A DNA stretch of 64,000 bases from Selaginella moellendorffii (GCF_000143415.4 NW_003314272.1:2815728-2879727); one strand, 5' to 3'. Shown: positions 1 to 11,278, numbered from the stretch's first letter. Notes: generated by a model not told the origin, from the letters alone. Program-made: numbers and translations.

Positions 1-832
1 AGTCCAGAGGAAAAACTGCAAGCTCTCAGCCAGGCAAGAAACCTTTCAAACTTTCATTTAAGAGAAACGCTTTGAAAGAGCTAACTTCGCAATTCTAGCG
101 AATCTCACGACGAATACAGTTGCCAACGATGAATAGAGTTTATCTCGCTAGCTCTCTCAGCCTGCTCTCGTCGCGACCATGGCCACAACGAAGGGTTCGT
201 GGACAGCGGGTAGAGGCAACGCTTACTTGCAGTAATCGGCGGCCAACTTGGGCTTAGTCATACAGGACGAGATGACCGATGTGCGTGGTGGTGGTGATAA
301 GAAGTCCAAACTCAATCACGGCAGGAGGTCGCTCGTCTTGGAGGCTGGATCGAACTTCAGAGTTGCCAGTTCTCTGTCTGCGCAGAGACTGAAACAAGTA
401 AAGTTGAAGGCAAGTACAACCATTATAAGTTAAGCTTGACTCGGTGATCATATGTGGTTCACTTGTTGGTGAGTCAGATCAAAGCAAGCTCACACTTTTT
501 CCTTTTTGTATTTGCTTGGAGATGTTTGAGGAGTACCATGTACACCTCGGCTCTTTTGGCAAACCGTTATTGAGAGGCTATGTCGCTGATGGCAATGGCG
601 ACGCGGAGTACGATTCGATTCAAACAACAACAGTAGCCTCCCAAAATCTGTTGATCCCGTGCATTGACGTTCAAACGGATGAAATGGCTTTTTCTCCAGT
701 CAAGGCAGATCAGTTAGCACATAAAAAATATTTCGAGTATCTTTTAAGCAAGAAAGTTTAAATATATTTCATTCTTCTACATATTTCTTGCGGAAAAAAC
801 AAGGAATTCATCCCCAAATAAATTTGTTAATT

Positions 833-1793
833 TTACAACACTTCTATGATTTTCTTTATGAATTCCTTGGCTAAGAGCATATACGTGTGTTCAGTTGGGT
901 GTATTATATCCCAAAAGACGTAATCGCTTGGATTCTTGCACAGCCCACTCAATGTATTCTTTTGTGAAAGGCAATTGGGACAACAACCCCCGGAATTCTT
1001 AAATCCAAACCTCTTTGGGTTCTCCACGTATGATTTGATCAAAGAGTAGCCATCCACAAATGTTCCTTTCATCCCTGGAAATCTCTTTGCCACCCCTAAA
1101 ACAATCTCCCGAGCTTGCACATTGAATTCTTCCACCAGATTGTTAATCTCGCTCACACATTTTCCTCCAGAGGTCACAATAGGTGAACATCCTAGTGCCC
1201 CAACACTTGAGTAGACGATCTTTCGAAATCCATACTTGTATAGCTGTTCCAATCCTTTCTCTAATGACATTAACATTGCTTTCAAGTCAACATCAGCAAT
1301 GTTTTGAAGATTCGCCGCAATATCATTCCCAGCAGAAGATATCACAACCACAAAATCATTGAGATTGAGATTTTTCTTGGAGAGCTGCGCGAGCTGCTTT
1401 AGCTGCTCGTTAAACGACACAACGCCCCAGTCCGAGTGAGTAGAGTCGAGTAAGCCACTGCCGTCTGACGCAAAATTAATGCTTGGTGGAAGTTGACTCC
1501 CAGCTTTCAAGCCCAGGAATGGTCTTGAAAAGGGCAAACCTATCGCCTCGTTTATCAGATCTGGAATTATAAACCCATCGCTACACCTCCCGGATGGCTT
1601 GCTAAACCTCGTCTCCCCATATGGCACAAAATCACAACGCGAAACTGAATTCTTCACATATTTGTTTGTGCCCACGTCGAAGATTGAATCTCCCATGTAG
1701 ATAGTTCTGAGTTGAGGAATCGCTCCCATACACGCACACGCAAAGAGCCAAGATCGCAACCACGAACACTAAGATCCTCGACCACTTCGTCAT
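833..1793 (-). pseudogene. GDSL esterase/lipase, intronless; signal peptide out of frame
   Basis: GDSI, GRxSDG, GND and FWDxxHPTE blocks are intact in ORF 833..1759. Relative to the 10322 copy, a 2-nt deletion near 1722 (TATGGGAGCGATT vs TATGGGAGGTCGATT) uncouples the ATG at 1793 and the signal peptide from the catalytic domain. Confidence 0.85.
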
Positions 1794-1923
1794 CTCGCCA
1801 AAACCTTAATATGGCAAAACCTAATGCACAAGCTAATTTATATAGAGTTAGGGAAAAGGAAAAGGTTACTTCATCTAATAAAAGTACCTTTAAATACTTG
1901 AATTAAAACTAAAATTTTAGCCA

Positions 1924-2839
1924 TCAGACAATAATAAACTGAGGCAAGATGGCAGCATTACACCACAAGCTCATCAAAGTTGAGGATCCCTCCCACTTCA
2001 CCAGACACGGAGTGATAGCCATCTGGTGGAGCAACCAACTCGGCCTGTCCTCGGTCACCTTGAACAATTGCCCGGCCAGAACATTACACACGAGCATGGC
2101 ATGGTGTCTGGAACCCGAGGAGCTGCCGTAGGCCTTGACATAGTAGTTTGCCTTGCTGCTGGCTGCCGTCACATAGATCGCCGCCCCAAACCGGAGGAAT
2201 CCATCAACCTTTGCTTTCTTCTTCTTGAATCAGGATGATGTTGCAGAGGCTGCACGAGAGATTGCTGCACAGTGACTGCTGCTGCAGCGTCCCGAGCCCG
2301 CACAAAACCGTTGTGCCATGGAAGCGCAGGACCCCGTTTCCATTCTTTCCAATCTTCTCGTCCTTGCTGCCTCTCTGGGCCATCAGCTTTTCTCTGTAGT
2401 CCACGAACCGCTTCACCGATTGTACACGCGGAGGATGTCAATGACGGACGCTTCGCTGCCTGGATGGTTCCATTTCGCATGGAAGTGTGCGATGACTCTT
2501 CCTCGTTCCGGGTCGTCGTTGCGCGTGCTCTCCACTGAAAAAACACGGGTAAATAACGAGAGAGCTCTTGGAAACTGGCCAGAGGAGTGGTTACCTGCGT
2601 GCTTTACCAGGAAGTTCTGGTCCAGGTACTGCGGGAGTCGAACTTCGCGCGGCACACGAAGCGTGAGAAGTGCTTTCCCCCGTCCCGTGGGCGTCACCCT
2701 TCATATGCGTTGCTGACGAGCACTGGTGTTGATGGTGATCCCAGAAATTCGCTCCACAGTCACTGCAGGCCAGAACTTTCGGAGTAGGAGCTGGGGCCGA
2801 GGGAGCCTTGGTTGAGCCAGAACATTGGCTGTGACTATC
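1924..2839 (-). pseudogene. Plant C2H2 zinc-finger + PARP/ADP-ribosyltransferase-fold family relic
   Basis: Pieces in several frames: CSDCG..H, C2H2 finger, GNGVLRFHGTT.LC.LG....SLCSNLSCSLCNII, TAASSKA, AMLVCNVLAG, SVSGEVG..NFDELVV, AILPQFIIV. This is the motif order of the plant C2H2-like ZnF/PARP-fold family. Multiple frameshifts. Confidence 0.75.
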
Positions 2840-3584
2840 GGATCGGACACACAAGACCCACTACAGCAGCAACTCCAGCAGCAGCAGCAGGAATCTGGAA
2901 CCGAGCTCTTTCGATTGCTGCTGGTCATTGGAATCCTCTCCGTGGCTGCTGGGCTCGTTTACTACTTGGTCCTCTTGGATTTCCCTACCACCATCCTCGC
3001 CCGGCCGTCCTGTTCATGGAGATGATGTATGGACAGGTGATCCCAGTGGATCCATTGGAGCAGCAGCAGCTAAAAGGAAGAGGAAACGACTACGCTTACA
3101 CGTTGAGGTTCGTCATGTTTTGCATCCTCAACATCACCAATCCAAACAAGAACGTGGATTTCTACCATGCGGATCTCGAGATAACGGTGCTCTACCGAAG
3201 TGAGGTCTGCCCATTGGCTATGCGATTGTGGAGGACGTTTTTCACCCGCGGTCTTCTTTGATTCAGCCCGAGTTTTTCATAGGTTCTATTGGTGTGCCTT
3301 TGCCTCTGCGGGAAGGGTACACCCTAGATCCGTACCTGAGAGTTTTTTTTTTGTTTGTTTTTTTTGTTTTTGGTTCGTACTCGGTGTGTTTGATCCAGAT
3401 GCAGGTGGAGGTGATCACACATTCGACCATGGTTCGAACGGCTGGGTTGAAATCTCAGCGCTTTCGCATAAGGTTTCGATGTCTTCTTTATCAAATGCTG
3501 ACGACGGGCGAGCTTTTGCAAGATTGCAAGTACACGAGTGCTGATGAATGGTATTCCAGAGATGCGGAGTTCAAGCTAAACTGA
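2840..3584 (+). pseudogene. NDR1/HIN1-like (LEA_2 domain) gene relic, 5' end cut at the inverted-repeat junction
   Basis: Hydrophobic TM segment (LLLVIGILSVAAGLVYYLVL), then LNITNPNKNVDFYH..LEITVLYRS typical of LEA_2/NHL. Apparent frameshifts near 2985 and 3225; T-rich intron-like tract at ~3342-3398. Confidence 0.55.
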
Positions 3585-3644
3585 AAGTCTGGCTTGAATT
3601 GGATTCGAGGAGCCGTACAAACACTTCAGAGGTAGAGTTTAAAT

Positions 3645-3668
3645 TCTCTCTCTCTCTCTCTCTCTCTC
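3645..3668. repeat. (TC)12 microsatellite
   Basis: Direct inspection. Confidence 0.95.
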
Positions 3669-3998
3669 CTGTTTGTTTTTGCGATGCCATTTTGTCTTGA
3701 GTCAAGGATCCTCATTTGCATTGTATATCCTTTGCCAACTTGCAAAGAGATTTCTTCTTCAGTCTCATTCAGTGCACGTTTTTTTGTCCTAGCAATGTCT
3801 CTTTGAATACGTCCGTAAGATCGACAGTAGTGCGCCCGCATGAGTCTCGTGCTGCAACTGCTGTAATAACCCTTCGTTTTAACGAGATAAGCAACTCTCT
3901 AAGGATGTGTCCTCGTCTCTTGGTCTCGCTTTCGTTTGCTGCAAATGCCAATGCCGCCAGTGATAGTAATCTAGATGGATGGTGATGCAGGCATCAGA

Positions 3999-4092
3999 AT
4001 GTTTGGCAACGTCGGCTCTGACCCTCCCAAATCCATCAACTGGAGAACTTTGGGAGCAGTCACACCTGTGAAAGATCGTAAAGGATACCAGA
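3999..4092 (+). pseudogene. Isolated exon fragment of a papain-family (C1A) cysteine protease
   Basis: Translates MFGNVGSDPPKSINWRTLGAVTPVKDRKGYQ, matching the mature N-terminus P.S.DWR..GAVTPVK. Followed by a phase-1 GTAAG donor. No downstream catalytic exon seen. Confidence 0.75.
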
Positions 4093-4619
4093 GTAAGTCG
4101 GTTTTTTCTCTCTATTTATATCCAATGCTGCTCGTGTCATGATTGAATTCGGCATCCCCAGATGCTGCTTGAACCGCAATGCTCTCCAGTTCTAGAACAT
4201 CTGTGATGAAGTTCTTGATGGATTTCAAGGCTGCCTTCCCTGCAAGACTCACTGGAGGGAAGGCAACCAGTGCTGAAAAGATTGTAGCTGTCTGTATGTT
4301 CATCTCGCTCCAAGCATGCAAAACCTAGGAAAGAGAGTTTTCAACGCTTGGCAAAACAAGAGATCTGAAGAAGAGAGTTTGAGAGCAATTTGTACATTAC
4401 CAAGATCTTACACGATTGGCAGTTATGGAGTTGATCATAGAAGTCTATCTGAGACACGTCAAAGGCCAAATGTCATGACTCCACTTCATTCACGATTGGA
4501 AACATCTCATCCGCATGAACTTCGGGATGACTTTTGGAAAACCTTTGGGGACAGGAACCACGTCCTGTAAAATTTCCAAAGGTTAGAGAAAACACAACGT
4601 TGCAAATTCACTCAGTACT

Positions 4620-5404
4620 TAGATTGCAAGCTTGCAAAGCTTTATCACCGGTAAGTACCTGGAGCGAACCACAGCGGAAAGAGTTACAGAAACGGAAGAA
4701 CATCCAAAGAATATGCACCACGAAGAAAGTAGAATGTAATTTCTTCTTCTGGCCGTGAAAGAAGATGGCGACAGAAAGAAGTGACCCGTTTGCGAAGGTT
4801 CACTGAGTTCATGAAGAGTACATCAAATTAGATGACAGAATGGCGGAAGGAAGTTCCCAGGTCCGGAATGCCTCGATGTTAGGAGCCTCCTGCGGCGAGA
4901 ACCACCAGACTGGATCTAGCTTCTCGAATGATAGCCAGGGAAAATCGAGAGAAAGCACCTGTAAGTAGAGTGAGTTTTCTAGCAACATATTAAAGTGAAA
5001 GAGAAGTTTTTGTTTTTTTTTTTAAAGTTTTACCTGTGGATCACGGCCAGTATTACCAGCCCCAGCTACGTGTTCAGTGTGTAAGCTGCTGACTTCCATA
5101 TGCAAACTACATCTTTCGTCCTGAATGCAAATATGGGAGAATGCAAAACTTTGTATATCACCTTGAACCAGTGTAAAGATCTTGTCAGATGAGAAACTAG
5201 AATCTGAACCACACAAGTAAGCTTTAGAACTCTTTTTGATTATTCCAATTAAAACGTCCTGCTTGACAGTTTTATATCAACAAAATGGAGAATAAAAAAC
5301 TGGAGGATCATACTCTTACCTGTTGAATGCCTTGAGGCGAGAGTCTCACATCAATTATCTTCTGATCTCCTCACAGGGTGGCTGCGCCAGACAAGATGAA
5401 TGAT
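4620..5404 (-). pseudogene. Histidine phosphatase / phosphoglycerate-mutase-like gene relic (multi-exon)
   Basis: GT-AG bounded exons: 5320-5404 (IIHLV...IIDVRLSPQGIQQ), 5034-5203 (ILVSHLTRSL...EVSSLHTEHVAGAGNTGRDPQ), and from 4958 down (VLSLDFPWLSFEKLDPVWW...LRKRVTSFCRHLLSRPEEEI..HSTFF..LTG). The motifs are in PGM-like order. Several frameshifts, and the catalytic RH is destroyed. Confidence 0.6.
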
Positions 5405-5906
5405 CTAAAAATGCCACAAGCTTAAAACGACAGACAGAGAGAAAGAGAGAAAGAGAGGAGGGAAGTATTTCTTTTCTTTCTTTGACGGAAGAGTAGATGA
5501 TGCACCTTCGTTCTTTGAAGGAAGCTTGGTCTGAGGTTCTTCCTCTTGAATTTATCAAAAAAGAGAGTCACTACAACTTCCAAGCCAAGGATAAGAAAAT
5601 CTTAACTGGTTTTTCATAATGCGTCCCTAAAAAATTAGTTCAAATTTAGGGCGCCAAGAGAATATTTCTTTTGTGGCATATTTTATTCTCTCAGAAGGAT
5701 TAGGGTAAGCGCCGATGAAGAGGGATTTGCTTCGGGAGTGTTAGGATAAGGGATTTTTTGATGTCCAACACAGTTGGACTAACAAGCGTATTAGGCTGAC
5801 TGGCGGAGAGCCTCCCAGAGGAGTAGCATCCGAGTCTCAACGGAAAATACATCAAGGGCTGCATCAAGGCTTATCACTTAAGGCTGCTCTAGCAGGTCCA
5901 GTAGCT

Positions 5907-7842
5907 ATGGATGTAGATTTGGTTCCATCGGCTTCCACAGCGTCGGCTTCCATTCCATCAGTGCCTCATGCTACCCCGGGTACCCCATTGGCTTCCTCGG
6001 TCGCGCGTCCTGCTACTCTTGTTACCCCGGCTAGCCCGGGTTCTAGCAGGGAAAGGTCTCTCTTGAACTGTCCGCCATCCGAAGCAACTGCAGCCTCCTT
6101 CATGTTCCAGCATCCGCTAGTATCTTGTTCCGGCAACTTTCCATCAGACGACAAGATGGATCAGACTTATGTGGGCTTGAGGCAGGCGACACTTGATTCC
6201 ATTCTTGACAAGATCAGTCGGGGACCAGCTGAGACGAAGCGCTGCTTTTCTGAGGCAGCTACTGAATCCCAAGACAGAATTCACATGGGCTCGCTGTTTC
6301 CCGGCTTTCGGTACGTGATTCCCCGTGATCGAGATATGATTGCAGAAGTGGAAGGAGTCACATGCTATGCCGTGCAACGCGACGAGAATGGTGAGATAAT
6401 TCGCGACGACGACGGAAACGCTGTTCTCGAGGTAAAGACGGACATGCGGGAATACCACGAGGTCGAGGACAAGGACGAACCCAAGGTAAGAGTAGCCTTA
6501 TGAAATGATCTGCCTGCCTATAACTTACGTGCTTCGTTCTGCTACAGCGGTGGCGTTGCGACTTCAAGAGCAAAGTGAAAAACGTTGAATTAATCCAGTG
6601 GATGAAGAAGCATTACCCTTACGTGAACCCCGAGTTCTGGCTGCCGGTTTCCGTCACTGGAGCTAAATGGAGGTAAATTAAATCCGTTTTCCCCTCGTAG
6701 CAGGCACTAACGAATGTTGGCCCAGTTTGAAAGACGAGGACACATTTCAGTCGGGCTCATCTGGCTGTAACGAGCTTTTGAGGGAGCTCGAGGAATTTCA
6801 CCCAGTTGATCGACTGTATACCTTTGTTTGGGCCAACGATGTGTACAACTATGGGATTTTGGACATTTTTGGATCGTGACAGTCTGCGACGGCAAGATCA
6901 CTCCAGAAAGCTACGCGTAAGTGAGACGACAGCACTAAACATATTTCTCATATTCTTCCTTTCAGGGCGTACAAGAAGCATGTTTCCAGTACGAGAGACT
7001 GGTTGAAGACCTCCTTCCCAGAGGAATCGTATAAGCTGGTGCCAGGTACTCTGGAGGAACTGCAAGCACAATATGATACGCGCAAGGTACAATATGAAAG
7101 GAAAACCGGCACAACGCTCACTCGAAGGAACTCCAAGTTTCTGGTCGGGGTTTACTACGTAAAACCCGATATGGTAAGCTGATCTCAATTCTTACAGCTC
7201 GTTCTCATCACCGCATTTTCAGAGGAAGAAACTGGTTACTGGCAATCTCGCAACAGACCTTGAGGACGCTTACAACTTCGTTCAGGGCTTCATGAGGATA
7301 CACGTCGGCAATGAATTCCTTGCGTGGACGCCGGAAATGGTTGAAGACATATACCAGCAAAGACTCATAGAAATCCGTAAAGAGCAGCGGAACGTCTTCA
7401 AGGCGAGAGTCTTTGAGCGGAACCTGGTGCTGTACGAATCTGAGCTGAAGGCCACAAAAGGGGAACTGTGCAGCATCAAGGAGTCGGAAGACAAGTATGT
7501 CATCCGTCTCAAACTACCGAGATTTGCAGGTTAGTGTGGTGTGTGGCCTCTTGACGATGCATGCTGACTGATATTGTGGTTGCTGCAGGGAGAATCGACA
7601 TTGTATCTGGCCCTGTGAAAGGTGACCTGCAAAAGACGTGTTTGGACATGGTGAAGATTTACAGCAACGAGGAGCCTGTGGAGGACGAGTGCTGCCTCAG
7701 CATTGTGTTTGAATTCTCGTCCGTCGATACTAAGCAGTCCTTTTGGGAGTATGACAACCAACAGGTGATCATTTCTCTTCCAAAGAAGACACTTCCGCAG
7801 CTGGAGATTGTCCGTATGCAGAAGAAACAGAGGACTTGCTGA
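5907..7842 (+). CDS. Six-exon gene of unknown function with a C-terminal alpha-crystallin/Hsp20-like domain; one 1-nt frameshift in exon 3
   Basis: Exons 5907-6485, 6548-6672, 6726-6916, 6966-7173, 7223-7529, 7589-7842, with phase-compatible GT-AG introns of ~49-62 nt (two contain CACTAA). C-terminus IKESEDKYVIRLKLP...VDTKQSFWEYDNQQVIISLPKK resembles ACD beta3-4 and beta8-9. One T is missing in a T-run at ~6857-6870. Confidence 0.65.
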
Positions 7843-8037
7843 AAGAGTTACCCTTCCGTTTTACCTGGTAATCTGATTTGTAGAAGATGTTTTGATCAAG
7901 AAACTGTATAGTTCAGTGAGAACCCTCCCCCCGATTTTCTTAGGTTTTGGGCCTGTTGGTTTAAACAAAAGCCTAACGGATAATGACATTATCACGTTTA
8001 TTATATGTTACTTTTTGTTTTCGAAACTTTAACACTC

Positions 8038-8156
8038 TTTTTTTGTTCTTCATCTACACAATCCAGCGTTCTCATCAGCTTCTCAAACTCGCTACAGTTC
8101 TTCATGACTGCCAAGCTGATGAGAACGCTGGATTGTGTAGATGAAGAACAAAAAAA
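8038..8156. repeat. Perfect 44-bp inverted repeat (hairpin) with a 31-nt loop
   Basis: 8038-8081 is the exact reverse complement of 8113-8156. Confidence 0.95.
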
Positions 8157-8159
8157 CCC

Positions 8160-8786
8160 GTTGTGGCTATGGTCGCGACGAGAGCAGGCTGAGAGAGCTA
8201 GCGAGATAAACTCTATTCATCGCTGGCAACTGTATTCGTCGTGAGATTCGCTAGAATTGCGAAGTTAGCTCTTTCAAAGCGTTTCTCTTAAATGAAAGTT
8301 TGAAAGGTTTCTTGCCTGGCTGAGAGCTTGCAGTTTTTCCTCTGGACTCCTTTCAAAATGTAAGTCTCCGATCGTGTCAAGAGAAAGAAAGAATCTATAA
8401 ATCACAAAATAACCTTACCTAATGCTTGCAGAGAGGTTTGTGATGGAATGAATGGACGCTGTCTGGAGGTCCAGCTCTTGTCCGCGGCTCACCAGCGATG
8501 TAGCAGTAGTGGGTTCTAGTCCAAGTTTGCGCTGCAGCAGCGACACCACCAAATGCTACGCCGAGGCGTTGCGAAGATGCGGGAGCAGCCAGAACCTCTG
8601 GGAAGGCAAGAGGCTCCACTTCCTCCTCAAGTCCCGCGGCTACGACGGCGATACGTTTCTCGGGAATTTGCTCGTCCAGATGTATGGTAAATGCGGCGAG
8701 CTGGATCAAGCGCGAAGTGCCTTCGACCGGATAGTCACCAGGAACGTCTTCTCTTAGACAATCCTCTACTTCTAGAACGGGCTCTT
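8160..8786 (+). pseudogene. Truncated duplicate of the PPR gene upstream region and first ~110 codons
   Basis: Near-identical to ~11944-12557. ORF 8452..8757 ends at a TGG>TAG stop, followed by a small deletion and an abrupt break. Confidence 0.9.
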
Positions 8787-9293
8787 AGCGCTTCGTAGTT
8801 TTAGGGTTTGTACTTTCCGTTTTATTACCAATTTTGAAGTTTTAAAATGTGAACTTTACGGACGGCTAGTTCTCTTGAAGAGAAAGAAGAGCCACAGAGC
8901 ATCGCTTCCTGTTCATCTTCCAGTGGGCGCAGCTCTAAACTTCTATGTTATTGGAACAATAAAACACGCAGAGGACTCTTGGAAACACCAGTTCAACCAG
9001 CAAACTTATCAAGGACAGAAAACATTAGGAACGACGGACACTGAAGACTATAGATGCAACTGCGAGCAATATGCCACGTAGGCATAATCACTTGTTACAT
9101 CATGCTATCCTCTCAACAGTACATCCAGCGTACGAAAAACGTCTATATTGCAAGAACGAGGAACGCTCCAAAAAGCACGGAAGGTAAGGACGTTTCTCTT
9201 TCAGTAAAAGTTCGATCCTTCTCATTCTTTCAGCCCTGCAAAGCTCCTGGTTGTTTGAGGTCGTTTACGAGCAACATGCTACAACATTTCAGA

Positions 9294-10175
9294 GATAGTC
9301 ACGGCCAAAGTTCTGGCTCAACCAAGGCTCCCTCGACCCCAACTCCTACTCCGAAAGTCCTGGCCTGCAGTGACTGTGGAGCGAAGTTCCGGGATCACCA
9401 GCAGCTCCATCAGCACCAGCGGTCGTCAGCAGCGCATATGAAGGTGTCCGGCCCATGGGACGGGGGAAAGTACTTCTCATGCTTCGTGTGCGGCGCGAAG
9501 TTCGACTCCCCGCAGTACCTGGACCAGCACTTCCTGCTAAAGCACGCAGGTAATCACTCCTCTGGCCAGTTTCCAGAAGCTCTCTCGTTATTTACCCTTG
9601 TTTTTTCAGTGGAGAGCATGCGCAGGGACGACCCGGAACGAGGAAGAGTCTTGGCATACTTCCGTGCCAAATATCCAGGCAGCGAAGAGTCCTCCTCCGC
9701 GTGTACAATCCGGTCACAGGGTGAAGCGTTTCGCGGACTACAGAGAAAAGCTGATGGCCCAAAGAGGCAGCAGGGGCGAGAAGATTGGAAAGAATGGAAA
9801 CGAGGTCCTGCGCTACCACGGCACGACGGTCTTGTGCAGGCTCGGGACGCCGCAGCAGCAGTCACTGTGCAGCAATCTCTCGTGCAGCCTTTGCAACATC
9901 ATCCTCGCCGGATTCAAGAAGAAGAAAGCAGAGGTGGATGGATTCCTCCGGTTTGGGCCGACGGCAACCAGCAGCAAGGCAAACTACTATGTCAAGGCCT
10001 ACTGCTCGTGTGTAAGGTTCTGGCCGGGATGGTTTTCAAGGTGACCGGGGACCGGCCGAGTTGGTTGCTCCACCGGATGGCTATCACTCTGTGTCTGGTG
10101 AAGTGGGAGGGGTCCTCAACTTTGATGAGCTTGTGGTGTAATGCTTCCATCTTGCTTCAGTTAATTATTGTCTGA
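9294..10175 (+). pseudogene. Second copy of the C2H2-ZnF + PARP-fold family relic
   Basis: Two C2H2 fingers (CSDCGAKFRDHQQLHQHQRSSAAH; CFVCGAKFDSPQYLDQHFLLKH), then GNEVLRYHGTT...CSLCNIILAGF in a different frame. The 373-aa ORF in the track is chimeric across frames. Confidence 0.75.
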
Positions 10176-10321
10176 TATCGTGTAGACAATGCTTGCTAAA
10201 TTTTAGTTTTCATTCAAGTATTTAAAGGTGCTTTTATTAGATGAAGTAACCTTTTCCTTTTCCCTAACTCTATATAAATTAGCTTGTGCATTAGGTTTTG
10301 CCATATTAAGGTTTTGGCGAG

Positions 10322-11278
10322 ATGAGGTCGAGGATCTTAGTGTTCGTGGTTGCGATCTTGGCTCTCTGCGTGTGCGTGTATGGGAGGTCGATTCCTCAAC
10401 TCAGGACTATCTACATGGGAGATTCAATCTTCGACGTGGGCACAAACAAATACGTGAAGAATTCAGTTTCGCGCTGTGATTTTGTGCCATATGGGGAGAC
10501 GAGGTTTAGCAAGCCATCCGGGAGGTGTAGCGATGGGTTTATAATTCCAGATCTGATAAACAAGGCGATAGGTTTGCCCTTTTCAAGACCATTCCTGGGC
10601 TTGAAAGCTGGGAGGCAACTTCCACTAAGCATCAACTTTGCTTCAGACGGCAGTGGTTTACTTGACTCGACTCACTCGGACTGGGGCGTTGTGTCGTTTA
10701 ACGAGCAGCTAAAGCAGCTCACGCAGCTCTCCAAGAAGAATCTCAATCTCAATGAATTTGTGGTTGTGATATCTTCTGGTGGGAACGATATTGCAGCAAA
10801 TCTTCAAGACATCGCTAATGTTGACTTGAAAGCAATGTTAATGTCATTAGAGAAAGGATTGGAACAGCTATACAAGTATGGATTTCGAAAGATCGTCTAC
10901 TCAAGTGTCGGGGCACTAGGGTGTTCACCTATTGTGACCTCTGGAGGAAAATGTGTGAGCGAGATTAACAATCTGGTGGAAGAATTCAATGTGCAAGCTC
11001 AGGGGATTGTTTTAGGGGTGGCAAAGAGATTTCCAGGGATGAAAGGAACATTTGTGGATGGCTACTCTTTGATCAAATCATACGTGGAGAACCCAAAGAG
11101 GTTTGGATTTAAGCATGCCGGCGGTTGTTGCCCCAACTGCCTTTCACAAAAGAACACATTTAGTGGGCTGTGCAAGAATCCAAGCGATTACGTCTTTTGG
11201 GATATAATACACCCAACTGAACACACGTATATGCTCTTAGCCAAGGAATTCATAAAGAAAATCATACAAGTGTTGTAA
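10322..11278 (+). CDS. Secreted GDSL esterase/lipase (SGNH hydrolase), single exon, 318 aa
   Basis: N-terminal signal peptide, GDSI catalytic Ser block, GND block III, DIIH catalytic Asp/His. TATA-like CTATATAAAT at ~10270. Confidence 0.92.
   Translation: MRSRILVFVVAILALCVCVYGRSIPQLRTIYMGDSIFDVGTNKYVKNSVSRCDFVPYGETRFSKPSGRCSDGFIIPDLINKAIGLPFSRPFLGLKAGRQLPLSINFASDGSGLLDSTHSDWGVVSFNEQLKQLTQLSKKNLNLNEFVVVISSGGNDIAANLQDIANVDLKAMLMSLEKGLEQLYKYGFRKIVYSSVGALGCSPIVTSGGKCVSEINNLVEEFNVQAQGIVLGVAKRFPGMKGTFVDGYSLIKSYVENPKRFGFKHAGGCCPNCLSQKNTFSGLCKNPSDYVFWDIIHPTEHTYMLLAKEFIKKIIQVL

Larger units (their letters stand above)
1..2839 (-). repeat. Left arm of a large inverted segmental duplication (probably continues upstream of the window)
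   Basis: Reverse complement of 1..2839 aligns with 9294..12111: base 1 pairs with 12111, and GACTATC at 2833-2839 pairs with GATAGTC at 9294-9300. Scattered substitutions and short indels. Confidence 0.95.

Noticed and set aside
179-761. Possible relic gene divergent from the PPR promoter (also 11380-11956, minus)
   Set aside because: It looks coding-like, but frames differ between the two arms and I could not recognise a family.
5620-5655. Small imperfect hairpin as a Helitron end or TIR around the orphan ACD gene
   Set aside because: No CTRR terminus at the expected distance and no matching repeat on the other side of the gene.
9054-10175. Intact 373-aa zinc-finger protein as given in the ORF track
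   Set aside because: The conserved PARP-fold motifs lie in another frame and the 5' part appears to run through an intron, so the ORF is a by-product of frameshifts.
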